Positions 13,676 through 28,398 of a DNA stretch of 64,000 nucleotides are shown here, in pieces (the first letter of the stretch is position 1; the number at the start of each line of letters is the position of its first letter). Source of the DNA: the human T2T-CHM13v2.0 reference genome, Homo sapiens. The notes under the pieces were generated by a model. That model was not told the DNA's origin. It saw nothing but the letters and a program-made list of their open reading frames with translations, and did no database searches. The position numbers and the translations under genes were made by a program. Where the stretch lies: assembly GCF_009914755.1 (NCBI RefSeq), contig NC_060926.1. One strand, given 5' to 3'.

Positions 13676-16403
13676 ACGCTGTATGATAGCATAGGATAGG
13701 AGTCTTCTTAATGAAAAAGAGTGAGAAAAATCATATTCGATTGATCTTTCTTATCCTATAGGATTTTTTCAACTACGGAGTTACCAAGTGAATTCAAACA
13801 CAGACTCTTTATTAGCTGGCTTAATTAGCAGATTAGATCTGGTTTCAGTATCGGACACACTGGCTGTGTCAATATAATACAGTAGTGCAAAATTAAAAGC
13901 AACTGAGGGATTCAGTCGTTTGGATTTGCAGTGGCTCATTAAGTCAGCCCACGAGCTGCAGGCAGGTACATTTGGATTGCCACAGCTCGCTAATCTTTCC
14001 CTCCAGTTCTCTTGTGGTTGTTATACTTGTAGCCCAGCCATTGGCTGCCCTTCTTAAAAGCTTTCTGATCAAAAAGCACACTTCCCCAAATAGTGCTGTT
14101 TCAAAAGTGCTCACACCCTAAAAGCCAATGCTTACCAACAGGGTCAAAGTGTCTCCAGACAATTGAATATTATCTTGGTACCTTGAAGAAGAACCTGAAT
14201 TTCTCAAACTTCTGTTTTTTGTCGTTGCTGTTGTTATTTTGTTTTGTTTTATTGTGGGAAGGTATTGGGTGGCTGAAGGAGAAGCTGTAGTGCTAGGAAT
14301 CAATACCCAGTGTCAGGCATCTTGGGAGCTTTTCAGGCCAGCCCAAATACAGCTTATATATATATAATAATGTAAAGTTTAATTAGTCTTTAGCTTACAA
14401 CTTGCCTTAAAACTCGATTAAAATTTTATTTTTCATTAAAAACGAGATGTTTTATAAAACATTTAAAAGTAAAATAGAACAAAGAAATAAAGTCACTCTC
14501 CCACCAACCAAAGAAACACTGTTACATTCTAACATTTTCAGATTTTGTTTTTAACTTGACAATGTCTTTGCTTATTTCATTTATGTGGTACATGTTGTAT
14601 ACCACATGTATCATATATATGGTCAATATACGTGTATATTGACCATTCTGTATCTCCTTTTTAATCCAAGAATTTTCTATATAATTATAAACTAAATGTT
14701 ATCAAAGTCTTCATGGGACAGATATCAGTTTATTAGTCATAATTTGGGGGCATTCGTGTTTCTAATTTTTTGATATTTTATTGTTGCAATAAGTATCTTT
14801 TGCATAAAACTTCTGTGTGTAGGATCCCTTGTACATTAGATCCTCATAAGTCTCTGCTTCCATTTTGAATGTTTTCATTCTGGCAGTACAAGTTCACCTG
14901 CCACTTCTTCCCGGTTTCCGTTTAGATTTGCAGGCACTAGTCCTGGGTCTGTGGAGTGATGAGGAGGCACAAGATAGGTTTGGGAACACTGAATGTGAAC
15001 TGCAAATTTGAAAGAATCTGAAATCCGTGTTAATCCCTTTGTTTTCATCTCACTGAGCCCCAAAGATGAAAACTGGCTGAGAATGTGCCGGGATTTGCTT
15101 GGCCAGCTGGCGAGGCATCCCCGAATAATGGGAGATTATTAGAATCCTGCCCTTTTCCAGCAAGCCTTTATCCACATTCATTTTTGTGTTGTGCCAATTA
15201 GGGATGGCACAGTGGTTTGCTTTGTGTGCATTCTGGCAGCCCCACCCACACATATTTGGGAGGAAAATCTCACAGAACGTGTATGTCACTTTGGCTTTCT
15301 GTAACAAGGCATGACAGAGGGATCTCGGGTCCCTCATCCTAAGTGCATAAGTAGCTGTATGCCTGAAGAGATTATCTGTGAACCTTTTAGTGCTCTGGCA
15401 TCTTTAGGCACGAAATGTCTCTTATAGAGGACTAGTAATCACACTGAGTATGGAGTGGAAATCACTCTCTGAAGTTTATTTTTCAGTGATGACATTATAT
15501 CAATCCAAACTGGAGCCACAGTGGGACACAGCAATAAAATATAATTTGATGCAAGGTGGAGTTCGTTGACCCCATTCAATTGTATTTAGTGATTAAAATA
15601 TGTAAAGTAACTCACTATAAGCATTTTTATCTATGTTGCACAGCTCTGCCCCATGGTCAGTACTATGAAGAATCTTCAGCATATAAAGAGCCAGACTCCA
15701 GTGTACTGACCCAGGGCCCTTAAGGGGATCTGTATTAAAACCCAAGTTCTTCTTCGTATCCAACTGCTAGGGTTTATCCTCTTTTCACTTCTTAGGCATC
15801 TGCTTTCCTCTTTATGGGTTTTATAGATGCAAAAGTAATACCCCAGCTACCTCTTACTAATGCATAACAGGCTTTGTTAATTTTAGCCAAAAGATACTTG
15901 TTATGTCAGCGCAGCTGTGTCAGCTGCAAGTAAGAGCCCAACTACTACGATGCCTGCGTGGAACTCCACAGATACCCATTTCTCTCATAGCCATACAGTC
16001 TTGTTGAGGTTAGCAATTGATGTAAAACCAGAAGAACCAGAGATGGGGCTTCTCTGTGGGATGACCTGATGGATTCAGTTCTTTCTTTAGGTGTCTTTGT
16101 GTGGCTCTGCTTAAATCCTTTGTGCAGAACTATGGGGGTGCCCCTCCTCTGTTAGTGAACTCAACACTTGCAGTATTAGCAATTAACGAGGGATTGATGG
16201 AGCCCAGAGAGGGTTTAACTGCTTTCCTTCTGGTTACGGTCATCAGTGGGCATGGGGACATACTCAGGTGGTGTGTAGGAGCTGTGATTCCATATAAAAG
16301 CAACCCCTTCATCTCGACAGTATCTCTCCCTTTGTTCCTGGGCCTAGGATGTGGGGTTATTTCTCTTCTGATATTCAGAAGAGAAATGCCAATATATTCC
16401 CAT

Positions 16404-16404
<1 letters not shown>

Positions 16405-16440
<36 letters not shown>
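16405..16440. repeat. (GT)18 microsatellite
   Basis: Perfect GT run. Confidence 0.97.
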
Positions 16441-16444
<4 letters not shown>

Positions 16445-16504
16445 AATGAATGAACTTTACTGCCAGAGGGGAGCTTACCGTATTTCATTGAATACTATAA
16501 TTTG

Positions 16505-16660
16505 AGCGCTAGAAGACACCATACAGATCCTTTAATCCAACCACCATAATTTACACATCAGGAGAGAGATATAGAGTGATTTTAGGGATTTTCTCAAAGT
16601 AAGAGAGGATTGACACAGCCAGGTCTACAACCTGGGTGTCCTGATCTCAGCCAAATGACT
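16505..16660. mobile_element. MIR relic
   Basis: Degenerate MIR core-like sequence. Confidence 0.4.
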
Positions 16661-16802
16661 TTTAATCACACAATGTCTAATTTTAAAAGACAAGAGAACA
16701 CTTATTTCAGTAAAAATACTTTGCTGAGGCAGAAGAGAAACACCAAAGTGTTTATCATTATTGTTCTTATTACTATTACTAATTAGCATAGTACTTTGTG
16801 CT

Positions 16803-17380
16803 TTTTCTTTTTTTAACCACTTTAAGTATAATTGACCTACAAAAAGCTGTACATATATAATGTATACAACTTGATGAGTTTGAAGATAAATATATACCTG
16901 TGAAACCATCACCACAATCAATGCCATAGATGTATCCATCACCTTCAAAAGTTTCCACCCATCCTCTGTTTGTTTATTTATTTGTTTGTTAGGAATATTT
17001 AACGGAAGATCTACCTTCTTAGCAGATTTTAAAGTATGAAATACAGTATTGTTAACTTTAGGCACTATGCTGTACAGTAGATCTGTTGGACTTACTCATC
17101 TTGTATAAATGAAACTTTGTACCCTTTAACTAATACCTGCCCCGTTTTCTTCTTCTCCTAGCACTTGGCAACCACCATTGTACTCTCTACTTCTGTAGGT
17201 TTGACTATTTTAGATTCCTCATATAAATGGAATTATGTAGTATTTGTCCATCAATGTCTGGCTTATTTCTCTTATTTCTGAACCTCTAGGTTCATTCATG
17301 ATGTCACAGTAACAGAATTTCTTTGTTTTTAAGGCTGAATTCCATTTATTCCATTTTATTTCATTCCATTGTGCATATAG
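16803..17380 (-). mobile_element. L1MA/L1MB 3' end
   Basis: Antisense L1 3'UTR (TATAATTGAC..TGTGAAACCATCACCACAATCAA, GGCAACCACCATT.TACTCT). Confidence 0.85.
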
Positions 17381-18085
17381 AGGAAATTTAGAAATGTGTT
17401 AGTTTCCAAATACTTGGGGATTTTCTAGAGATATTTCTGTTATTCATTTCTAATTTAACTGCATTGTGATTAATGAACATACTGTGTCTGACTGGAATCT
17501 TTTTACATTTATTAAGACTTGTTAGTGGCCTAGAATATAATCCATATAGGTCAATGTCTCGTGTGCATTAGAATATGTATTCTGCCTTTGGTGGAGTTTT
17601 GTTTTTCCATACTTCGGAGTGTTCTATTAATGTCAGTTAGGTCAAGTTGGCTGATGGCATTATTCAAATCTAAATCCTTACCAATTTTGTGTTTACTTTT
17701 TCTAGAAACAACTGGAAGAGAGGTGTTAAATTTTCTAACTGTAATTGTGGATTTTTCTGTTTCTCTTGGCAGTTCTATCAGTTTCTGCACCATATATTTT
17801 GAAGCTCTCTCATTAGGGGCGTAAACATTTATTAATACTATGCTTATTGTTCAATTGACCCCCTTACAATTATAAAATGATCTTCTTCATTCCTACTAAT
17901 CATCTTTGTTCTGAAATATACTTTGTATGATAGTAATACTATCATTCCAACTTTGTTTTCATTCATGTTAGCATGGCTTATATTTTTCAGTACTTTTTCT
18001 TTTCACTTATTTGTTTCTTTATATTTAATACATTTTTCTTGTATTAGTATATGATTATGCTTTAAAAGAAAAATCTATCTGACAG

Positions 18086-18381
<296 letters not shown>

Positions 18382-18818
18382 TTTATTTGACGATCTCTGC
18401 TTTTTCAGATGTTTAAAATATTTACATTTAATGTGATTACTGATATGGTTGCATTTCACTTGATCATCTTTCTATTTGCTATTTGTCTTATCTCTTTTTG
18501 TTCCAGTTTTTCCTCTTTATTCTTTTTTAGATTAATATTTTTTATAATTCCATTTTATCTATATTGTTGGTTTATAAGTTATAACTATTTTAGTCACTGC
18601 TTTATGCTTTATATTATACATATTTAACTTACCACATTCTACCTTCAGATAAAATTACACCACTTCATGAGAATTACAAGAAATGTTCAACATTATATTT
18701 TTTTCTCCCCTCCCCACTTTTGTAGTATTGTTATGTATTTTATTTTGACATATGTTATAAACCATGCACTCTTATTTTTGCTTAGATATTTAATTATCTT
18801 TTAAAAGAGACTTTGATA

Positions 18819-19209
<391 letters not shown>

Positions 19210-19342
19210 TTATTTCCATTTGCTGTTGTTTTCTTTCTGCCTGAAGGACTTTCTTGACATTTATTGTCGTATAGATCTGGTGATAAGTTCTTTCAGTTTT
19301 TGTATATCTACCAAAGCCTTTGTTTCATCTTCATCTTTGTGT

Positions 19343-19470
19343 ATTTATATTTTTAGAGACAGATCTTGCTATGTTGCTCAGGCTGGGCTCAAGCTCCTGT
19401 CCTCAAGTGATTATACTGCCTCAAGTCTCTCAAGTAGCTGTGATTACAGGTGCAGCCAGCTTGCTTGGCT
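19343..19470 (-). mobile_element. FLAM/Alu monomer
   Basis: Single Alu arm, antisense. Confidence 0.75.
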
Positions 19471-21528
19471 CATCTTCATTTTCGAAAGGTGTTTTTCCAG
19501 GGCACAGAATTTTAGATTGATAGATGTTGTTCTGTCTTTTAGTTTGCATTGTCTCTGACAAGAAATAAGCCATAATCCTCATTTTTATTTCTTTGTATGT
19601 GATATGACTTTTTCCTCTGGCTACTTTTAATATGTTCTCTTTATCATTGATTTTGAGCCATTTGAAAAGATGTGCCATGGCCTATTTTCTTCAGTTGCTA
19701 GTGTTTGGGGTTTGTTTGGCTTCTTGCATATACAAGTTTAGTTTTGATCAAATTTTGAAAAATTTTGACTATGATTTTTTCAGATATTCTTTTATGCCAC
19801 CTCCATTCTCTCCCAACCCAGTGATTGCAGTTACACATGATTGGGCTGCTTGATATTGTTCCACATTTCATGATGTTCTGTTCATTTTTTTAAAAAAACT
19901 CTTTTTGATCTTTTCATTTTGGAGAGTTCTCTTGCTATGTATTCAAGTTCATTAATTTTTTTTGCAGTGTCTAAACTGCTCTTTATCAGGTCTTTTTCCA
20001 ACTCACACATTATACTTTCATCTCTAAAAGTTTGATTTAGGTCTCTCAAAAAATGTATCCTCCTCTCTATACTTTAATTTTTGAAGGTATGATTATATAG
20101 TGGTAACATCTATTTTAATGTCCTTGTCCTCTACTTCTGACATCTGCTTTTATTCCGAGTCAATTTTGATTGATTGTATTCTTTCTTTATTATAAGTTGT
20201 ATTTTCCTTCTCATCTGTTTGTCTAGTAATTTGTTATTGGATTTCAAATGTTGTGAATTTTAACTTCTTTGCTTTTGTGTTCTTTTTTATTTAGATAACT
20301 ATTGGCCTTTGTTCTGGAATGCATTTAAGTTACTCAGAAAAATTTGGCTTCTTTAGATTTTTACCTTTAAGATTTGCTAGGTGGAAGTACAGAAGTGCTC
20401 AGTCTAAGGAGAATTATTTCTCCCTACTGAGGCAAGATCCTTCTGTATAATCTACCCAATGCTAAGTGGGTCATGAGGATATTTATTTTCCCCAGTGGGA
20501 ACAGGCATTATTCTATGCCTGTCTTGCGTGAATGTTGGGCGCAGTTAACCACTAATCCTTTTGGGGGCTTCTTTCCTTAGCCTCAATGCATTTGCTGATC
20601 ATTACTCAGCTGAACGCTGAGGAGGTCTCTTTCCAAATGTTAGGAGTTCCTCCTCTGTCCAGTTTTCTCCTTTCTTGTGCGTTGTCTTAAGAACTGTAGC
20701 CACCTTCACAGACTTTTAGCTCCATTTCCTCACGTCAGATGGTTCATTGTGCTTTGCTTAGGTTTCTTCTACCTGCACCATAATTTAAAACCTTTTAAGA
20801 ACATAAGCTGAGTAATTATATAGGGATCACCTTATTTGCTTTCTGTTTTTTCAGGGATCACTTTCCTTCATTTCCTGACATACGACATTGTGAAAATAAT
20901 TTTTAAAGAATATTTTGCCTTTTGTTCAGACTAGAGCATGAATTTGGCCAGATTAGAAGTCCTCAAGTGAACTGAAGTCAGATTTCAATATTGTATACAT
21001 TTTTCAACTTCTTTGTTTATATCTAATCACCTCTCAGGAAGGGGATTCATCTTAAACTTGTGCATATTCCCTGTGATACTGTATTTGCTGTAAATTTACA
21101 AATGTCCTGATATAAGAAATAATGATAGCATAGGAGTAACTTGCAATTAAAAAATGTGTGTCTATCATATGATGTTTAGTACTGTTCTCTTGGGTTTACT
21201 GTATTTTTATCTAGATTCCTGTAATATAAGAAGAAGGGCTGGACCAGTCTGACTTTGAGTGGAAGGTGGGAGTCCGAGGGCCTGGAATCCTGGGGTTTAA
21301 ACTAAGTCAATAATCAGGTAGAAAAGTTAAAGTCCAAATGGTAAAAGGAAAGTCATGAGAAAGAGATACAAGGGAGTTCAGTGACTGGGATTCAAATCTC
21401 GGTGAGAAATCGAGTGTGGAAGCTGGAAACAAGGAGAGAGTGGAGAAAAGCAACACTGTGAATATCCTGAGAGATATACTGGGTGTAGATGGCCCTCCCC
21501 TTGAAACTTAAAAAAAAAAAATAATCTG

Positions 21529-21778
21529 CACTTTGGGAGGCCGAGGCAGGTGGATCACTAGGTCAGGAGTTTGAGACCAGCCTGGCCTATATGGTGAAAC
21601 CCCATCTCTACTAAAAATACAAAAGTTAGCTGGGCATGGTGGGCCTGTAGTTCCAGCTACTCGGGAGGCTGAGGCAGGAGAAATAGCTTGAACCTGGGAG
21701 GCAGAGGTTGCGGTGAGCCGAGATGGCACCACTGTATTCTGTCTCAAAGCAAGACTCTGTCTCAAAAAAAAAAAAAAT
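21529..21778 (+). mobile_element. 5'-truncated AluS
   Basis: Starts at CACTTTGGGAGG; TSD AAAAAAAT(A/C)ATCTG; TGTCTCAAA duplicated near the 3' end. Confidence 0.9.
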
Positions 21779-22359
21779 CATCTGGCATGGATATGGTGAA
21801 AGGATGAGTGAACCTGACATAAAGAGATAGAAGTATGATGGAAAATCATTTACAGCACATAACTACAACAAATTCCTCTCTCAAATCTGTTAGTGTGGCT
21901 CTAATTACTACATTAGGTCTATAAACTCCGCCGCCATCCTGCTTATTCACAGTGGTTTCCTGGCTTTGTTGCTTTATAACTAAGATATATGTAAACATAA
22001 TAAACACTCACACAAAACATCTGTCTCAAATTGGTTCTTTTTCTTTGTAAAGAAGCCAGAAACTTTGATATGATCACAGTAAAAAGATCATACTGTTTGT
22101 TATACTTAGGGCTTTTAATTACCTTAGCAAGTGTTTTAAATGAATAATAAGTTTACAATTCAAACAGAATACATAAGGTTGTAATTTCTTAAAACATATT
22201 TCGTGTTGATTTGTTCTTTGTACAGATATAGCTTCTAAATATAGTAGCATCTTGATAGGCTTTAATATAATTATAAATTTGTATTATTTCTGCCATCCGT
22301 CACATTCCATAAAAGCCAGATAAAAACTTCTGAAAACCGTTTAAAGTAATGATAGTGCT

Positions 22360-22550
22360 ATGTTCTGGCACTTTACTGAAGGTCATGCAATGCATAATCT
22401 AATTTAATACTCACAATAATGCTATGAGGTAGTTATTACCATTTTCTAGAAGAAACTCCGGTTTGGAAAGTTTAAGTATCTTGTCCAAAGTTGCAGTTAT
22501 CAGGGAGAGCAAAGTCAGGTCTGTTTGACTTCAAAATTCTTAATCACTAC
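22360..22550 (-). mobile_element. MIR
   Basis: TTTAATACTCACAATAA..ATGAGGTAG..CCATTTT..AAGAAACT core. Confidence 0.65.
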
Positions 22551-24669
22551 TTTGCTCTTATTTCTCCCTCTTTCTCATTTTCTCTTTCTGTCTGTTTTGT
22601 TTGTAGAGGACTGAGCTGCAAACTCAACAGGCTTCTCAGTGCCCCACCTTACTATCATCTTACTTAGCCACAAGACCATCCTAGAATCTGTTGTTGGAAT
22701 TCATCAAACGGGCTTGCCAGCTTTGTAAAGAGTTTGGATGAATTAGGAGGTTCTCTGTCACTCCCTGTAATGCCTTAGAAACATACTTCAGGATGATATT
22801 GCACAGGCAACCCATAAAAATTAACATAACACAATATGTTTTCTTTATCTCTGCTGTTGTAAAGTTCAGATTAAATTTCCTTTTAATACAACCCAGTAGA
22901 AACCAAATTTTCATTGTTTATTGGACAGGAGAGAAGCTTGAGTCTGTGGGCGCTGCCTCACGATGACTGACGGGGGCAGCAGAGGGCTTTCCAAGTGAGC
23001 TTGCACAAGGCCAAGTGAGAGAAGCATCCCTTGGCTATGTTGGAAGTAGCGGCGGGGGGAAGGGTGAGTTGTGGCACGAAAGGTTATCAGGAGTCATGGA
23101 AAGAAAGAGAAAGAGAGATCAAGTCATGATTGTAGCTAGGCCAGGTATGAGAGACTTGGAGAAATTGGTAAGATTAGAGTTGAGGATAATAACCAGTTGA
23201 ATAGACAAAAACCCCATTTGTAGATACAAGGCTATCTGGCCCTATCCAGCTTCAAGCTATAAAGTGCCATATTTATGGCTTTTCAAAATCCTTCATGGTG
23301 TCTCTTAGGATGTTATAAATTTTGTATTTATTATGGTTATTATGTTCATTTAATATATCTGTTTATATTATTTAATTTTCTTACGTTCTAGTAAAAATCT
23401 CACAAATTCTCATAAAAATCCTATGGTGGATATTTATCCAAATGTTACAAAGAAAGAAACTGAGTAAGGTCAGAACATTTGGGGTTAGATCTCAGGTCGA
23501 ATCCAATCTCAGATACCAAATTCTCCCTCAATTTCTCATACCTTGACAATTTTCTTCTACCTAAAGATTATTTTTGTAACTAGGAAATGTGAAGAAAATC
23601 AATGCAGTGATATTTCAAAAGCCCAAATTCTCTAAATCTATTTTCGTTTACTCAATGTTCTTTAGAATGCATTTATTGGAATGAAAATCTTTTCCTTGGA
23701 GATTGAGTTCTTTGGTGCACAATTTAAATCATTTTATTATTGAATTATCTGAGGGTAATATGAGAATAGTAGATGTTATAAGACTAGGGATTCCCTAATA
23801 GTCTCAGTTGCAGAAATGTAAATGACCCTGAGAGCTTCAATAACTCATAGAATTGTCACCTCATTTTAGGAGCTGATGCATGTTACCATATAAACATGAC
23901 ATATTAAGCTGAGATGAAAAATTGAAACAGCCATTTATACATGTTCAAAGTGTTTATGAAGTTGCATACTAATATATTGGTTGGTATATACAAATTTTAA
24001 AACAGTTTAAACATATTTAAAAGTTTATTTTCCAGTATAATTCTAGAGGAAGGGCTGGCATTTGTGGAACCCTGATTTTCTCAGGGTTTGATTGAAATAT
24101 TGAATTCAGCAAAACTTGAAAAGGTTAAAAGTCAAAAGTGATTTTAGTGCTGGCGTAGCCATAGACCACACATTAGGATGCTCTGCCTAATCTCAACATA
24201 GCCTTTAGGAAAATAAAAATATATAAGTAAAAAGAATGTGTGTGTGAAACAACTACTTTTCAAATGGTTTAATTGTATACAGGGAAACCAACAATAGAAT
24301 TTTCCCTTAAGTTACCCAGATATGGCAGTTTTATGCATACATTGTAGGACTCTGCTTAGATTGATACATTTTGCTTAGATTAAGGCTATGTAAAATTAAT
24401 GGATGGAATCTTCAAACCTAATCCTTGGGTTAATTCTGTTAATTTTAAAATGTTAATTTAGGCAAATGCTTTGCGTGTCTGTATGTGTATCTGTGTGTGT
24501 ATGAGCACATGAGTTTAATGTGTCCTGTTCACCTTTGCACCCCTTGCCTAGCAAAACTCTCAGCGGGCTGCTTTCACTTAATGTTTATGAACAAAACTAT
24601 ACGGTTGTAGGAAAATTACATCGATTTTTGCTTTGTAACAATGACAATATCAGCTGATAAAATTGAAGA

Positions 24670-24798
24670 GTCAGATGAAGATCAGCAAATCCAAATTCTA
24701 GTGTATCATTTATTAACCATGTGACTTTGGGAGAGCCATGCAACTTCTGCTTTTTCATTTCTACCGTGGAATAATTATAATTCTTTACTCTAAGGATG
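24670..24798 (+). mobile_element. MIR fragment
   Basis: CAAATTCTAG..ATTTATTAACCATGTGACTTTGGG. Confidence 0.55.
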
Positions 24799-26421
24799 GT
24801 TTAGTGCAGCAGTGCACAACCTTTTTGGTACCAGGAACCAGTTTTGTGGAAGACAGTTTTTCCGTGGACCAGGGTAGATTGGGGTGTGGTTTCAGGATGA
24901 TTCGAGTGCATTACATTTATTGTGTACTTTATATTATTATTACATTATAATATATAATGTAATAGTTATATAAGTCAACATAATGTAGAATCAGTGGAAG
25001 CCCTGAGCTTGTTTTCTGGCTATTAGATGGTCCCTTCTGGGGATGATGGGAGACAGTGACAGATCATCAGACATTATAAGGAATATACCTTAAGGTATTA
25101 AAAGCCATCTATGACAAATCCACAGCCAGCATTATGCTGGGGAAAAGTTGAAAGCATTTCCCTTGAGAACTGGAACAAGACAAGCATGCCCACTTTAATC
25201 ACTTCTATTCAACATAGTACTGGAAGTCCTAGCCAGAGCAATCAGACAAGATAAATAAATACAGGGCATCCAAATTAGTAAAGGGGAAGTCAAACTGTCA
25301 CTTTTTGCTGATGATATGATTGTCTACCTAGAAAACCCTAAAGACTTAGCCAAAAAGCTCCTAGATCAGATAAATGAATTCAGTAAAGTTTGAGGATACA
25401 AAATCAATGTACACAAATCAGTAGCTCTGCTATACACCAACAGCGACCAATCTGAGAATCAAATAACACAACCCCTTTTACAATAGTTGCAAAAAAATTT
25501 AAATACTTAAGAATATACCTAACCAAGGGAGTAAAAGGCCTCTACAAGGAATACTACAAAACACTGCTGAAAGAAATTATAGACAACACAAACAAATGGA
25601 AACATATCCTATGTCTATGGATGGGTAGAATCAACATTGTGAAAATGACCATACTCCCAAAAGCAATCTACAAATTCAGTGCATTTCCCATCAAAATACC
25701 ATCATTCTTCACAGAACTGGAAAAACAATCCTAAAATTCATATGGAACCCTAAAAGAGGCCACATAGCCAAAGCAAGACTAAGCAACAAGAACAAATCTG
25801 GAGGCATCATATTAACTGACTTCAAACTATACTATGAAGCTATAGTTACCAAAACAGCATGGTACTGGTATAAATATATGCATGTAGACCAATGGAACAG
25901 AATAGAGAATCTAGAAATAAAGCCAAATATTTACAGCCAACTGATCTTCGACAAAGCAAACAAAAACAAAGTGGGGGAAAGGACACCCTATTCAGCAAGT
26001 GGTGCTGGGATAATTGGCAAACCACATATACAAGAATGAAACTGGATCCTCCTCTCTCACCTTATACAAAAATCAATTCAAGATGGATCAAAGACTTAAA
26101 TTTAAGGCCTGAAACTGTAAAAATTCTAGAAGACAACATTGGAAAAACTCCTCTGGACATTGGCTTAGGCAAAGAGTTCATGATCAAGAACCCAAAAACA
26201 AATGCAACAAAAATGAAGTTAAATACATGGGACTAATTAAACTCACAGCAAAATAAATAATCAGCAGAGTTAACAGACAACCCACAGAGTAGAAGAAAAT
26301 ACTCAAAAACTATGCAGTCAACAAAGGACTAATACCTAGAATATATAAGGTACTCAAACCAATCAGCAAGGAAAAAACAAATAATAACATCAAAAAGTGG
26401 GCAAAGGACATGAATAGACAA

Positions 26422-26723
26422 TTTTTTTTTTTTTTTGAGATGGAGTTTCACTCTTGTCGCCCAGTCTGGACGGAGTGCAATGGCATGATCTCGGCTCATC
26501 GCAACCTCTGCCTACCGGGTTCAAGCAATTCTCCTGCCTCAGCGTCTTGAGTAGCTGGGATTACTGGTGCCCACCATCATGCCTGACTAACTTTTGTATT
26601 TTTAGTAGAGACGGGGTTTCACCACATTGGCCAGGCTGGTCTTGAACTCCTGACCTCAGGTAATCCACCTGCCTTGGCCTGCCAAAGTGCTGGGATTACA
26701 GGCATAAGCCACCGTGCCTGGCC
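26422..26723 (-). mobile_element. AluS (Sq/Sx-like) inside L1PB
   Basis: Antisense Alu; TSD CATGAATAG(A/G)CAATTTT. Confidence 0.93.
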
Positions 26724-27149
26724 ATGAATAGGCAATTTTCAAAAGATATACAAATGGCCAATAAACATATTTAAAAATGTTCAGTATCACTAATGATCAG
26801 GGAAATGCAAATCAAAACCATAATGTGATACCACTGTACCCCTACAAGAATGGCCATGATTAAAAAATCATAAATAGATGTTGGATGTGGTGAAAAGGGA
26901 ACACTTTTACATTGCCAGTGGGAATATAAACTAGTGCAACTACTATGGAAAACAGTATGGAGATTCCTTACAGAACTAAAAGTGGATCTACTATTTAACC
27001 TAGCAATCCCACTACTGGGTTCCCAGAGGAAAAGAAGTCATTATATGAAAAAGACACTTGCACATGCATGTTTATAGCAGTATAATTCACAATTGCAAAA
27101 ATATGGAACCAGCCCGAATGCCAATTAATCAATGAGAGGATAAAGAAAA

Positions 27150-27228
27150 TATGCTATTATATGTACATATATATGCTATTATATATATGAGATTATATAT
27201 AATATATATATATATCTCTCATATATAT
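27150..27228. repeat. Imperfect (TA)n
   Basis: TA-rich expansion within the L1 3' region. Confidence 0.85.
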
Positions 27229-27931
27229 GGAGTTGTAGATCATTATTCTAAGTGAAATAACTCAGGAATGGAAAACCAAACATCCTGTGTTCTCACTTAT
27301 AAGTGAGAGCTAAGCTATGAGCATGCAAAGACATAAGAATGATACAATGGACTTTGGGATGCAGGGGAAACACTGGATCAGGAGTGAGGGATAAAAAACT
27401 ACACATTGGGTAGCGTGTACACAGTTCAGGTGATGGGTGCACCAAAATGTCAGAAATCTCTAAAAAACTTATCCATGTAACAAAACATCACCTGTTCCCC
27501 AAAAACTATTGAAACTTTAAAAGATTTTCATAAGGAATGAGCAACCTAGATCCCTTGCATGTGCATTTCACAATAGGGTTTGCACTCCTATGAGAATCTA
27601 ATGCTGCCACTGATCTGACAGGAGATGGAGCTCAGGCGATAATGTGAGTGATGGGGAGTGGCTATAAATACAGATAAAGCTTCACTGGGTTGCAGCTGCT
27701 CACCTTTTGCTGTGTGGCCCAGTTCCTAACAGGCCACAGACTGGTACTAGATTGGCCTGAGGGTTGGGGGTCTCTGGTTTAGTGGAAACTGAATTAATGT
27801 GTAACTAACATGTGTATAAGCTGTAAATTCTATGTAGATCGAAGTATCTATTTTCTTGCTTTGAGATCAGATTTTTATTTCCAAACTTCATAATGGACAC
27901 CAGCTCTGTTTTATATAGGCTTGGTACTGTT

Positions 27932-27956
27932 CCCACATGCCCACATGCCCACATGC
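27932..27956. repeat. (CCCACATG)3 tandem repeat
   Basis: CCCACATG CCCACATG CCCACATG C. Confidence 0.9.
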
Positions 27957-28076
27957 TGGGGAGAAGGTCACACTGCTCTTTGGGCTGAATGTGGATTTCT
28001 CCTACTGCTAATGACTAACTCACAAACTCTTGTGCCTCTTACAGGACATAGGCACAAAGAATGACTAGGAAAGTCT

Positions 28077-28398
<322 letters not shown>

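Larger units (their letters stand above)
25078..27520 (+). mobile_element. 5'-truncated L1PB
   Basis: RT region through 3'UTR (TTTTTGCTGATGATATGAT = FADDM motif; end CACCTGTTCCCCAAAAACTATTGAAA). Confidence 0.9.
24807..27776. mobile_element. MER1A hAT-Charlie element split by L1PB (arms 24807-~25077 and ~27521-27776)
   Basis: CAG...CTG ends, AACCTTTTTGG.ACCAGG.ACCAGTTT start, perfect 8-bp TSD GTTTAGTG (24799-24806 and 27777-27784). Confidence 0.88.

Noticed and set aside
16101-16505. 134-aa ORF in unique sequence
   Set aside because: It has a GTG start, runs through a (GT)n microsatellite and shows no recognisable domain.
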